From Candidatus Marinacidobacterales bacterium (GTDB lineage Bacteria; Acidobacteriota; Vicinamibacteria; Marinacidobacterales; SMYC01): a DNA stretch of 64,000 bases. Where the stretch lies: NCBI GenBank assembly GCA_965224085.1, contig CBDCYI010000005.1:288001-352000 (forward strand), read 5' to 3'. This document shows positions 10,286-20,798 of this stretch, in pieces; position 1 is the stretch's first letter, and each line of letters opens with the position of its first letter. The notes under the pieces were generated by a model. It did no database searches and was not told where the DNA came from. It saw nothing but the letters and a program-made list of their open reading frames with translations. The position numbers and the translations under genes are program-made.

Positions 10286-11721
10286 TGGACTACGTGCTCT
10301 TGGCGGCTTTCATCGTCTATTCGCTGTTCGTCCTTTCGGTTGGAGTCTGGGGCTATCGGAAGGAATCCTTCGCCGCCTATGCCGTCGCGGACCGGTCGAT
10401 CGGCACGCCTCTCGCCACGGGCGCGTTCGTCGCCACGTTCCTCTCAGCGATTACGGTCATCGGGGTGTCGGGCTATGCCTCGCGCTACGGCTGGTCCGCG
10501 GCCGCGCTCACCTGCTATGGATACGCGCTGGGATGGATACTGTTGGTTGTCGCAGCCAAGAAGATGCATCGATCGGGGTTGACCACCGTCCCGGAATTCT
10601 TGCGAACGCGATACGAATCCATCGGCCTGGGCGTCTTTTCGGCGGTGGCGATCATCTCGCTCTATTCCATCACTCTCATCGTTCAGCTGCTCGGCGTCGC
10701 GATAACGCTGAACATGCTGATCGGCTTTGCCATGCCCCTGGCGATTCTGCTCGTCGGAGTCATCTTCGTGACCTACACCGTGCTGGGCGGTCTCACCTCG
10801 GTTGTTCGAACGGACATGATTCAGGCGGTTCTGCTCGGCGGCGGGGTTTTGGTCGGGGCGACCGTCGTTCTCTGGAAGACCGGTTTTGCCGTGATCCATG
10901 CTCCTCCGGAGCCGTTATCTCATTTCTTCGGAGGCAGCGTCTCGAACGCGAGCGACCTCATCGGCTGGGCCTTGGTCTGGGGGCTGGGCATACCGACCCA
11001 GTCCTACTATCTGCACCGTTTCTATGCCAGCCGCGACACCAACGCCGCGCGTATGCAGATTGCCCTGGGTAGCCTCGTGATCATGGTGCTGCTGCTTTCG
11101 GTGATCATCTGCGGCGTCGGCGCCGGAATGCTGATTCCGCCCGATCAGGTGGGCGATGGAGCGTTCGCCTATCTTTTTAAGAACGTCATCGGAGGGTGGG
11201 TCAGCGTCTTCATCCTGCTGGCCGTCACGGCTTCCGTTCATTCGACCACGGACGGATTGCTGCATGTGGTCGGTCTGTACTTTGCGGTCGACGTATACAA
11301 GTCCGCCAGGAACGAGGCGAGCGAAGCGCAACTGCTCCGCGTCAGCCGGCAGGCGACACTTGTTTTCGGGATGACGGTCACGCTGCTCGCGGCTTACGTC
11401 TCCTTGAACCCGGTTCCGCTGATCAGCTTGATCGGCGCTATCGCGTGGGGCGGCATGGCGTCGACGTTGTTCGCGCCACTGTTCTTCGGACTGTTCTGGC
11501 GGAGGGCCACGCGCGCCGGCGCGATCGCGAGCTCGGTGGGGGGGTTGACGTTTGCGGTGGGCGCTTTCTACCTGAAGCAGTTGGGTGTGTTTGCATTTCA
11601 CGAGATCTATCCGGGAATTATCGCTTCTTTCGCGTTGATGGTTGCGGTCTCCTTGGGCACGCGGCCGAACACGGAGCAAGCCATCAACCGGTTCTTCGCA
11701 GCGAGCGTAGGAACCGACTAG
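10285..11721 (+). CDS. Sodium:solute symporter (SSS) family permease
   Basis: Polytopic membrane protein; YAVADRS, TVPEFLRTRY, YTVLGGLTSVVRTD, GLFWRRATRAGA motifs. Confidence 0.92.
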   Translation: MDYVLLAAFIVYSLFVLSVGVWGYRKESFAAYAVADRSIGTPLATGAFVATFLSAITVIGVSGYASRYGWSAAALTCYGYALGWILLVVAAKKMHRSGLTTVPEFLRTRYESIGLGVFSAVAIISLYSITLIVQLLGVAITLNMLIGFAMPLAILLVGVIFVTYTVLGGLTSVVRTDMIQAVLLGGGVLVGATVVLWKTGFAVIHAPPEPLSHFFGGSVSNASDLIGWALVWGLGIPTQSYYLHRFYASRDTNAARMQIALGSLVIMVLLLSVIICGVGAGMLIPPDQVGDGAFAYLFKNVIGGWVSVFILLAVTASVHSTTDGLLHVVGLYFAVDVYKSARNEASEAQLLRVSRQATLVFGMTVTLLAAYVSLNPVPLISLIGAIAWGGMASTLFAPLFFGLFWRRATRAGAIASSVGGLTFAVGAFYLKQLGVFAFHEIYPGIIASFALMVAVSLGTRPNTEQAINRFFAASVGTD

Positions 11722-12051
11722 GAGTTGGGGCTCTCTCGAGACCTCTGCGTTCGTTCTTTGCATGCGAGAAGTGCGGTCGTCATAGATGGTGCAAATATGC
11801 GAAGCTTGACGCGCATGTTCCGGGCCGTTTGACGGACATTCAGGAGGTCGCGGGTTTGACATTCGTCAGCTCCCACCAACTTACAGGAATTGAGAACGCG
11901 AAGATCAACTCCCGATCTTTCTCAATATTTGAGCGCCCGCCGTCGAGCAGCATCGAGGGCGTATCTCCGTCGATAGTGAGCTTGGACGGGGCACGCGTTT
12001 CTTGATTCGTCTCCCGCTCGATGGAATCGAGTCCACGGATACGGCGTCCGC

Positions 12052-12728
12052 TTAGGTGCCCGCTGCTCTTTTGGTAGCCGCGGTGAGGTGCATGCCGATG
12101 AGCCTCGCCACGATGACCGCCAAATACAGTTGCCCGCAAAGGGCTTCGACAACGGCGAGCGAACGAGCACCAGAGCTCACCGGCGTGATATCGCCGTAGC
12201 CGAGCGTGGTCAAAGTCACGAAGCTGAAATACACGAGTTTCGACGTCCGTTGAAGAGGCGACAGTGGCTCTGGCAGGATGTCGAACGAACCGGGGTATCG
12301 CCTGTTCGACGAGGACATAGAGCGAAGACCACATCAGCCCCAGCAGCATGTACACGGCGAGAACGCCGCAGATTCTCGCCGCCGTGACGCGGCCGCTTCG
12401 GAGACAATCAACAAGAACGATCCAGGAGGCGAACCCCAAGGAGGCAAGAGAGAGGACCTCGGACAACGTTGCTACGGCGTGGCCGCCCTGCCAGAACTGC
12501 AACCACCGGAGTAACAAGGCCGGCACGACCAGCGTAACGGCTACGAGAAAGTGGTGACGCCGTCGCGCTCACGGAGAACAGCGCTGATACTAAGACCCCG
12601 GTGAAAAGCAGCTGCAAAAACATCGGCGCGAAAGCACGATGCTCCACGAACGGGTACGCGAGAAAAAGGAGCAAAATCGAGACGAGAAGCGTCACGAGAC
12701 GTTTCGGATCATTAGCGTCATTGGACAT
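12052..12728 (-). pseudogene. Potassium channel (ion transport 2) gene split over three frames
   Basis: YFSFVTLTTLGYGDITP filter in 12052-12318; upstream TM segments in two other frames; GGAG RBS before ATG 12728. Confidence 0.75.
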
Positions 12729-13112
12729 AGGAGCTCTCCATTCGCTTTAGTTCTGGTGCCGTGTCGCGGCGTTTTTTGCCAACACGAACGATAGTCAAAC
12801 TGTGTACGGTCTTTGGTCCTTGAATTGCTACGACTCCACCTCCGAGGACCGAAAGGCCCGCAACCGGTGTCGGATCTGGGCTCTAGTTGCCCTCTACATA
12901 GCCCATAAATCCGTGCAACCCCGCCCTATCTGCTCTGAAATCACGGTTTTCGCAAGCTTGACGCTGGCTCGGTGCAAGTAAGTCGCCGCGCGCGCGCACC
13001 GGAAGTGTCCTGTCTCGAATACTTACAGCGATCTCCTCAAGAATAGTCACGCGAACGGCTCACCGCCGGGAGATGCCCCATCCGAGGGGCACCAGCCGCA
13101 ATCGTCTCGAGA

Positions 13113-13835
13113 TCACGCTTGGGGTGCGTTCAGGAGACGGTCGAGAAGGCCAAGTTCAACGGTGAAGTCTTGGTCATCGATTTCTAGTTCGACTTTTGCC
13201 GCGATACGGAGTAACTCTTCCCGGTCACGTGATCCTGGGACGAGCGCTAGAGCGTACTTACGAACGTCCGGTTCGTTTGCGCGTAGCAACGTCTCCACTT
13301 CTTCTCGTCCAAGCGCGACCTTTTGTGCAGCCAAGCGCTCTATCGCGATGCGCCTCACGTCAGCATCGCGAGCCGAATCAAGGGCGTCGACTAGCGGTTC
13401 CAGGACGTTCTCGGTCGAACTCTGGTGGCTCGCCACGTTCAATAGCTCGGAGGTGTCACCACGGAGAGCCATCGGTAGCGTTGATACGAGAAAGATGCTC
13501 GCGCTCTGTCGAATGAACGAACCGCGGCCCGCCTCTCGATCTCCTGGTGCGACGAGAAAAGTCGGCACACGATCCACACTCTGTTGATAGACGTCGAGAA
13601 TGTCGGGGTCTCGCATGGAAGTGCCAAGAAAAACTGCAAGCTCAGTATCATTTTTCGATGTGCGCCGAAACTCGTGGTTGATGTCTGGGTACGGCGGTAG
13701 ATTGATCTTCTTCTCGCGTGAGGGCAGTACTGCCGCGCTTTGAACGACTAGATTCGGTGTGACCTGAATGTTGACTCTGCCATACAAAGGCATCGCGTGC
13801 CTCAGCTTAACAACACGATTGTCCTCATTGGCGTG
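13113..13835 (-). pseudogene. 5'-truncated SIR2-like + HEAT-repeat protein remnant
   Basis: VLPSREKK..PPY..F...AVFLGTSMRDPDI resembles the SIR2_2 C-terminal half; DADVRRIAIERL/EPDVRKYAL HEAT-like repeats. The ORF's first part is just the antisense of the neighbouring pseudogene. Confidence 0.5.
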
Positions 13836-13839
13836 TCGT

Positions 13840-15485
13840 AGAGTGGGCACATCGCGCCCAAGCCCGAGGATCCCGACATTGTGATCGCCGGAGCCATCGG
13901 AAGTGGGCCGGGTGGAGTCGGCATACTCAAAAAGTACAATCACCGCACTGGACTGGGTGGTGGCCGAGTCATCAACGTCTGGCCGGAGGATACGCACAGC
14001 TCGCACAGCGTCAAGGATCAGAAGTACCGCTTCAATTGGATCTACCCGATCCTCTTCTCGCCGCATGATCCCGATATCCTCTACGTGGCCGGGAACGTGG
14101 TCTTTCGGTCGATGGACCTGGGGCAGAGCTGGGGACATCATCAGTCCCGACCTCACGAAAAATGACATGAGCGTGATGGTGCCGGTCAGCGGGGGGCCGA
14201 TCAGTTCTTTGGGGTTCGGGCAAACCTTCACCAGCGTCATCATGTTGCTCGCCGAGTCGCCTCTGAGAGCCGGTGAGTTATGGGCTGGCTCGGACGACGG
14301 TCTCGTTCAGCTGTCCCGCGACGGCGGCAAAACGTGGACGAACATCTCGTCGGCGGATTGGCCCGTTTGGCTCCGAATCAACACCATCGATCTCTCGCGT
14401 CACGATCCCGCGACCAGCCTACCTGGCCGCGAATCGTTACCTCATGGACGATCAGCGCCCGTATCTCTTCAAGACCACCGACTACGGCGAGACATGGCAG
14501 GAGATCACTAACGGATCGGCGAAAACGACTTCGCGCGAGTGATCCGCGAAGACCCGGTCCGCCCAGGTCTGCTCTATGCCGGGGCCGAAAGGGTGTGTAC
14601 GTGTCCTTCGATGCCGGTGCATCCTGGCAGTCGCTGCAGCTCAATCTGCCGGCGGCCCCGGTTCACGATCTCCTCGTGAAAGACGCCGACGTGGTGATCG
14701 GCACACACGGGCGCTCCTTCTGGATCCTGGACGACGTGGCACCGCTTCGTCAGATCACGGACCGAAGTGACACGGTCTTCGGTGCACCTGTTCAGCGTCA
14801 AACCCACGTACCGTCTCATGGGCCGCCGCTCCGCCAGTGTTAGAGCAGGGGAAGCTCTTCGCGTATACGGCTACGGACGGGCCGCCGGTGATGCCGTCGC
14901 TTTCCGGGAGGTCGAGGGTCCGAATGGCGAGATCAAACGTTACTACTTGAACGCCGGACACAACCCGCCGGATGGGGTTGCGGTGACCTACTATCTGAAG
15001 GAGAGGCCAGCGGAGGAGGTCAGTCTGACCTTCAAGGACCAAAATGGCGATGTGATCAAGCGCTTCTCGACCAGTGCGGACCCGCGGGTGCCTGCGCAGG
15101 CGGGGACGAACCGCATCGTGTGGGACATGCGCTACCCCAACGCGCGCCAGCTTTCCCCGGGTGCGGCGCTTTCCTCAATGGAGTGGAGGAGCGCGAGCGG
15201 CGCGCCGGGCAGGCACGGATCAAAGACGCAGCCGAGCGCATCAAGACAAGACTGGCGACGATTGAGACGGGCCTGACGCGCGTCGTCGGTCGAAATCCTA
15301 TGCACCTGCCTCCCAAGGGACTGCACCAGAAGCTTGCGACCTTGACGAATGCGATCGGCAACGCCGACGGCGCACCGACCCGCTGGACCTATACCGTGGT
15401 CGAAGAGCTGTCGGCCCGGCTGGCGGAGCACGTCAAGGAGCTGAACGCCCTCGTAGATTCAGACCTCACGGCTTGTCTCAAGTAG
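13840..15485 (+). pseudogene. VPS10/BNR-repeat glycosyl-hydrolase-like gene remnant (5'-truncated, several frameshifts, internal deletion)
   Basis: Segments in different frames match the intact copies: KYRFNWIYPILFSPHDP, SRDGGKTW, KTTDYGETW, GTHGRSFWILDD, NRIVWDMRYP. Confidence 0.85.
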
Positions 15486-15620
15486 GCGCAGACCCGGCAT
15501 GCCGGCGCGCCGGGTCCACCACTTGCAGACGGAAGCGGGCCTGTCACTCCACCAGCCTCAGCCTGCTTACACAACGCACAAGCTTGGATTTTCTATCTTT
15601 TCCGCGGCCGAGCTGCCGGC

Positions 15621-18125
15621 TCACTCTTTGGCCAGGTCCTCGTACAAGCGACGGGCCTCCCGCCAAATCCCGAGTACCTCCCGCTTTTGCTCCGGGTTGT
15701 CAAAGCAGACGTTGATAAAAAAAGACGACGAACCCAATTCCTGCTGGCAAGCAGCTTCCTCCAACATCGGCAGTATCTCGTCAATCCACTCCACGAAGTA
15801 CCGAGCATCTTCAGGTGATCGCACCGGCTTGCCCCGCTGGGTGACGTAGATGGGGCTGGTATGGGCGTACACGTAGCCGTCCATGACCAGGTGCTGTCTC
15901 TCCGGTCCGGTCACGCGCGCCGCCAGCCAACCGCTTCGGTCCACCGCGAGACTCCGGTCGAGCTTCACGTGATACGGATCGTCGGCGCTGACCGACAGCA
16001 CGACCTCGCCGTTTTGCAGGATGTCGAGCTTTTCCATGGGAACCACGGAGCTTGCTTCGGCTTCAACCCGGACCGAACTGGGGCCACCTCCGGGAAGGCG
16101 CAGCTCGTCACCCGCCTCCTGCCCCTCGACTCGCAAGAACAGCAACGGCCCGTTCGTGACGAATGTCCGGCCCGTCGTAAGTCCGCGAATCCAGTCCCCG
16201 TACGTCAAGGTAGAGCCGCTTTGCACGTAGACGCGCACGGTCCCCACGGCGGCGCTCCGCCAGAAATTCGGGAACGCGTCGGTGCCCGCGGAGGCGGGAA
16301 TTCTGAAGCCAAGGTTCAATGCCCGATACCACTCGCTGGCGGTGGCGCGCTCATCGGACGGGATGCTCATCACGTCGTAGTAGTCCAGCTCGCCGAGGGC
16401 GACGGTGACTGGAAACTCCTTTGAGCGCCTGGGAAAATTACCCTCGTCCCCGTAAAAAGGATGAACGTATCCGCCCACGGCGCCCTGAGCGTGCACGGCA
16501 TCCAGAACCTGGGTGTTGGTCGGATGGTAAGCCTCATGGGGCGAACCGACATAGGACGTGTACGAGGGGAAGAAGTATTCCTTCAGGTTCAGCAGCGACA
16601 GGTGCCCGGGAAAGCTCGGACGGAACTCCTGGTTGAAGTACAGTATGCGACTCGAGTTGGACAGGGGGTGTGGCTTGCCCTCGAAGTACTGGAGATCGAT
16701 GATGCGGCTGTTGTGATTGGCGATCAGGTCGTTGATGACGTGCACATCTTCGGCTTCAGCCTCGAGCAGGAGCGATTTCGGCGTCGAGCCGAAAATTCCG
16801 CCGTAGTTCATGTGGATGTGGTTGTCCCCGGAATACCAGCCCCGTGCGGGCAAATCCATGAATCGTTCGAGGCTGAGCTCCACGGTTAGGGTCTCGCCCG
16901 CCACGATCTCCACTTCCTTCGACTGGGGGTGATACTCGAAGCCCTTCATCACCTCGACCGAGGCCCGTCCCGCAGGGAGGTCGATCATGAAGTGGCCGGG
17001 AGTATGGAAGTAGTGCTCGGTGTTGCCGGGTAGGCGGTCATATCCGGCCACGTTGGCGCGGTGATAAGCCTCGAAAGGCGCGTAGCTCTTGCCATCGCCG
17101 GCCCGGACGTAGGCACGGGCCGGAGTCTTCTCGCCGGTCACGCCGTCACGAATGACGACGCGAAGCCGCCCTATGGGATGCCGGTATTTGAAGTCTGTGA
17201 TCTCGATCGCCGAGGGGGCCGCGCCCACAGCGGATATGGTCCAGAGCTTGAATCTATGCTCGGCGTTGGAAACGTAGGCGATCCGACCACCATCCGGAGA
17301 CCAGCGGGGCGTGAAAAGCTCCGCTCCCTGCCGGGTCAACTGCACCGGATTGCCCGAGGCCGTGTGGATCATCCAGATTTCGTTGTGCCCCGTGCGATGA
17401 GAAATGTAAGCGATCTTCCTCCCATCGGGTGACCAGTGGGGTCGAGTGTGATAGAGGGTTTCTTCCTTCAACAACTGCTTGAGTGTCTTGTCGGCCACGT
17501 TTATGGTCCAGATGTCCCCGGTGCCGTAGAGACTGTCGCGGCTGCTGAGGAACACGATCTGTGCTCCGTCCGGAGCCCAGCTGGGCTCGAAGTTCTGGTG
17601 CTCGTCTTCGAGCAAGGGCTTCTGTGGTCCCCCGGCCGGCGAGATCCGCAACAAGTTCAGGCTCTGGCCGTCGGCCATGGAAGCGTAGACGATGCTCTCA
17701 CCGACCGGCGACCAGGCTGGGTTCACGTTGATCTGACCCGCGCGGGTGAGCTGACGGGGGTTCGCGCCGTCGGCGTCGACGACCCAAAGGTGAATCGCCT
17801 CATCATCGTCTCGAGTAAAGACAAGTTGCCGGCCGTCCGGCGACCAGGACGGCTCGGAGTCGTATTGGGGGGCGGACGTCAACTGCTTTGCCTCACCGCC
17901 GTCAGCGGAGATCTTCCATATGCTCCCCTGTATCGAGAAGGCGATCTCGCGGCCGTCCGGCGACCAGGACGGCGACCATGGTCCTGTCGTGACCGGCGGC
18001 AGGAAGATCATTTCCATGTAGCCGCGCGCGCCGGGGTAAACGAACTGGCTGTGCGGAAAGGCCGCAGAGGAGAGGGCGAGCAACAGCGGCAGGAAGGATA
18101 GGCGTCTCAGTCCGTGAGCTCTCAT
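15621..18125 (-). CDS. TolB/PD40 beta-propeller + CehA/McbA-type (PHP-like) metallohydrolase, secreted
   Basis: Repeated PSWSPDG; WYSGDNHIH, YVHP, AGTD metal motifs; start ATG 18125 behind AGGAGG with signal peptide. Confidence 0.85.
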   Translation of the reverse strand: MRAHGLRRLSFLPLLLALSSAAFPHSQFVYPGARGYMEMIFLPPVTTGPWSPSWSPDGREIAFSIQGSIWKISADGGEAKQLTSAPQYDSEPSWSPDGRQLVFTRDDDEAIHLWVVDADGANPRQLTRAGQINVNPAWSPVGESIVYASMADGQSLNLLRISPAGGPQKPLLEDEHQNFEPSWAPDGAQIVFLSSRDSLYGTGDIWTINVADKTLKQLLKEETLYHTRPHWSPDGRKIAYISHRTGHNEIWMIHTASGNPVQLTRQGAELFTPRWSPDGGRIAYVSNAEHRFKLWTISAVGAAPSAIEITDFKYRHPIGRLRVVIRDGVTGEKTPARAYVRAGDGKSYAPFEAYHRANVAGYDRLPGNTEHYFHTPGHFMIDLPAGRASVEVMKGFEYHPQSKEVEIVAGETLTVELSLERFMDLPARGWYSGDNHIHMNYGGIFGSTPKSLLLEAEAEDVHVINDLIANHNSRIIDLQYFEGKPHPLSNSSRILYFNQEFRPSFPGHLSLLNLKEYFFPSYTSYVGSPHEAYHPTNTQVLDAVHAQGAVGGYVHPFYGDEGNFPRRSKEFPVTVALGELDYYDVMSIPSDERATASEWYRALNLGFRIPASAGTDAFPNFWRSAAVGTVRVYVQSGSTLTYGDWIRGLTTGRTFVTNGPLLFLRVEGQEAGDELRLPGGGPSSVRVEAEASSVVPMEKLDILQNGEVVLSVSADDPYHVKLDRSLAVDRSGWLAARVTGPERQHLVMDGYVYAHTSPIYVTQRGKPVRSPEDARYFVEWIDEILPMLEEAACQQELGSSSFFINVCFDNPEQKREVLGIWREARRLYEDLAKE

Positions 18126-18621
18126 TTCGCTGCCTCCTGAGGCTTGGAACCGGAGACCGAGCGGGTGTTCCCGCACGGTCGTTTCCCGGTCTCGGAGAAG
18201 GGATCCTAACATGATGGAAGCGGTCATCGTTCTCGACGCGCACGATCGAGTGCCGCGAGTGCCGTAAGACTTTTGAAGGCGATACGGGTTTCTGGCGGAT
18301 GATTGGAACCGACCGGAGCGACCTGGACGCCATGGTTGAAGGCATGGGACGCGAGTACGAGATTTTGAAGGTTCAAACAGTTTCCCGCGTGCCGGGTGAT
18401 TCAGAGCACCATTGAGACCGCACTGGCGTGTGTCAAGAGACATCGGATCGACGTGTCGTCCATTGATCGGATTCGGGTCCGGGCCGTCCCAAGGGCCTGC
18501 AACGGCCCCTTTTCGAATCCCCGGCCGAAGACATGTGGGCGGCGCAGTTCAGCACTGCCTATTCCGTCGCGGTAACCCTTAGGGGGTAGAGCCGGGACCG
18601 GAATGGTTTGCTGCACGGACT

Positions 18622-18957
18622 TTGGGTGACCCGATGGTGTGGAATCTGGCCGCGCGGGTGAAACTCATTCCTGACCGGAAGGCTCTCGCGCGGAATCGAC
18701 GACATTCCGGCCAGGTGCCTGTTGAGGTGGAAATCGAAGCGAAAGGCAGCAGGTTCCGCGAGCACCTTCTCACTGCGCGCGGGGAATCGTCCCACCCGCT
18801 TTCACAGCGCTTGGGAAAGTTCCTTCGGCTCGCCCGCTGGCGGATTCCCGAGGAGCGGGCGGCGGCTCTCTGGGATGAGCTGGGTCGTCTCGACCGAGTC
18901 GGTTCGGTGCGCGAGTTGGCGGCCGGCATGGCGAAAGGGCGAGCGATCCTTCGGTGA
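18622..18957 (+). pseudogene. C-terminal fragment of MmgE/PrpD family protein
   Basis: VEVEIE..G.RF....ARGE..HPLS...KF..LA...LDRVGSVREL pattern; no N-terminal domain. Confidence 0.55.
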
Positions 18958-19010
18958 TCCTGAACGCTACGTAGACGACGGGACGTGCAACCCCGGCGCA
19001 GGAAAGGCGT

Positions 19011-20384
19011 TTATTTCTCGGACACGGCAAGGACGTGGCTCCTCGTTCTGAAGTACAGCTTGCCCTCGGAGATAGCTGGCGTTGCCATCGCGACCTCGTC
19101 GAGAGAATTCGTGGCGAGGAGCTCGAACTCCGGTCCAGCCCGAACCACGAACACATCGCCGAGCTCGCTGGTAAAGTAGATCTTCCCATTGGCAGCGACC
19201 GGGGAGGCGGAGAATCCCATTCCGCCGCTGCCCAGACGCTTCCGGTAGACGCGCTCGCCGGTCTCGGCTCTGTAGCAGCTCAGCACGCCGTTGTCCCGAC
19301 AGTTGTAGAGATACTCACCATAGATCAGCGGTGTCTGCATGTAGGCACCTCCCCGGTCGACGCTCCAGGCAACGTAGTCGTTTGAACGAGAGCCTCCCTC
19401 GAGAGAAATGTCCCCCTGGGCATCGAGTCGAATCGCGTAGATCGGCGCCATGGAGCCATGCGCGTTGGTGAAAAAGGCCAGATCATGTGCCACGACCGGC
19501 GAAGGAACCGGGATGTCACCTCCACCTCGAAGTCGCCAAATCTCCTTGCCTGTCGTCGCGTCGTATCCCCCGATGTGCTTCCATCCGTTGACGAGGAGCA
19601 ACGTTCGATCGCCCCGTCGGTGAACGGTGGGCGTACTCCATGTGGGGACGTCGTCGCGCGGTGTGCGCCAGAGCTCTCGGCCGTCTTCGAGGTCGAAAGC
19701 TGCAAGAAAGGAGCCCTCAATGACGTCGCACTGAACGAACACCACATTCCCATGGATGATGGGAGAGCTGGCGAAGCCCCACCCGCGATCCGGTTCCCGG
19801 AAGAAGGCTGCGTCGAGAACACCGAGGTCCTTCTTCCAGAGCAGTTTGCCAGAGAAGTCGTAGCAGTAAAGGCCCTCGGAGCCGAAGAAAACCACGACGC
19901 GCTTGCCGTCGGTCGCGGGAGTGGGATTGGCTTGAGTCGCCTTGGGGTGGCGTTTCACTCTGGGCGCGCCCTCGTGCGCCGTCCGCTCCCACAGAATCTC
20001 GCCCGTGTTTTTGTCCAGCCGGTAGACGCGCCAAGCATGCACGGTGTCGTCCTGAACCGACTCGAGTCTTCCTAAACTCTCCGGGAGTCCAACCCGTAGG
20101 TTGGATTCCTTTTTCCAGCTAATCGCCGACGTGACGAAGAGACTCGAGTCCCAGATGACCGGCGAGGAATGCGCCAGTCCTGGGATTCGTGTTTTCCACT
20201 GGATGTTCTTGGGTTCTTGGGCACTCCAAACGGTCGGAGTCTCATATCCTTCGGCGATACCGTTTGCGTTTCGGCCGCGAAAGCTCGGCCAGTTTTGCTC
20301 CCCCTTTTCGCCTTGAACTGCTCCAAGGCGCGCTGTGGACGCCAGGATGAGGCTGATTGTCAGGAAGACTGTTCTATGGGTCAT
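19011..20384 (-). CDS. PQQ-binding-like beta-propeller (BamB-like) secreted protein
   Basis: NWPSFRG, HSSPVIW, TPATDGKRV, GxELWR repeats, SASPVAANGKIY. Confidence 0.88.
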   Translation of the reverse strand: MTHRTVFLTISLILASTARLGAVQGEKGEQNWPSFRGRNANGIAEGYETPTVWSAQEPKNIQWKTRIPGLAHSSPVIWDSSLFVTSAISWKKESNLRVGLPESLGRLESVQDDTVHAWRVYRLDKNTGEILWERTAHEGAPRVKRHPKATQANPTPATDGKRVVVFFGSEGLYCYDFSGKLLWKKDLGVLDAAFFREPDRGWGFASSPIIHGNVVFVQCDVIEGSFLAAFDLEDGRELWRTPRDDVPTWSTPTVHRRGDRTLLLVNGWKHIGGYDATTGKEIWRLRGGGDIPVPSPVVAHDLAFFTNAHGSMAPIYAIRLDAQGDISLEGGSRSNDYVAWSVDRGGAYMQTPLIYGEYLYNCRDNGVLSCYRAETGERVYRKRLGSGGMGFSASPVAANGKIYFTSELGDVFVVRAGPEFELLATNSLDEVAMATPAISEGKLYFRTRSHVLAVSEK

Positions 20385-20516
20385 CGTTCACTCCTCTTTT
20401 GGATGGGTCGCGACCGACCCGCTTCTTCCCCGATATTAAACGAGCCGGCCGCGGGGCGCCTGGGAGCGGCGCTTCACGACGACCCCTCCCACCGACCGGG
20501 GATCAGTTCTTCCGCG

Positions 20517-20590
20517 GTAAGCTCGAAATCAAGAACGCGAAACGCAAGACTGCTACTGACTTCCAAACGTGCCAAACGCGTACCGAACGC
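20517..20590 (+). repeat. Dispersed ~75-bp repeat, copy 1 (copy 2 at 46736-46812)
   Basis: GTAAGCTCGAAATCAAGAACGCGAAAC...ACTTCCAAACGTGCCA...GCGTACCGAACGC shared with few differences. Confidence 0.85.
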
Positions 20591-20798
20591 CTCGGTTATG
20601 GATTGTCAGCCTTGGCCACTCGCCGTCTGGACATAGTTATATAAGAGATCGACCACATAGTCATTGAAAGAAGCACCCCGCTCCGGAAGCTTTCAGGTTT
20701 ACGTGGCTAGTAGTAGCCCAGCCCGGCGTCTTCGACGATAATCAGCCCGTGTGGACGCCCCGCCATCGCGCGGTCGTCAACAGTGTTCAATCAGGAGC

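Noticed and set aside
18211-18415. Small CxxC protein (MMEAVIVLDA / TIECRECRKTFEG...)
   Set aside because: It needs a frameshift and has no recognisable family; it cannot be supported without a search.
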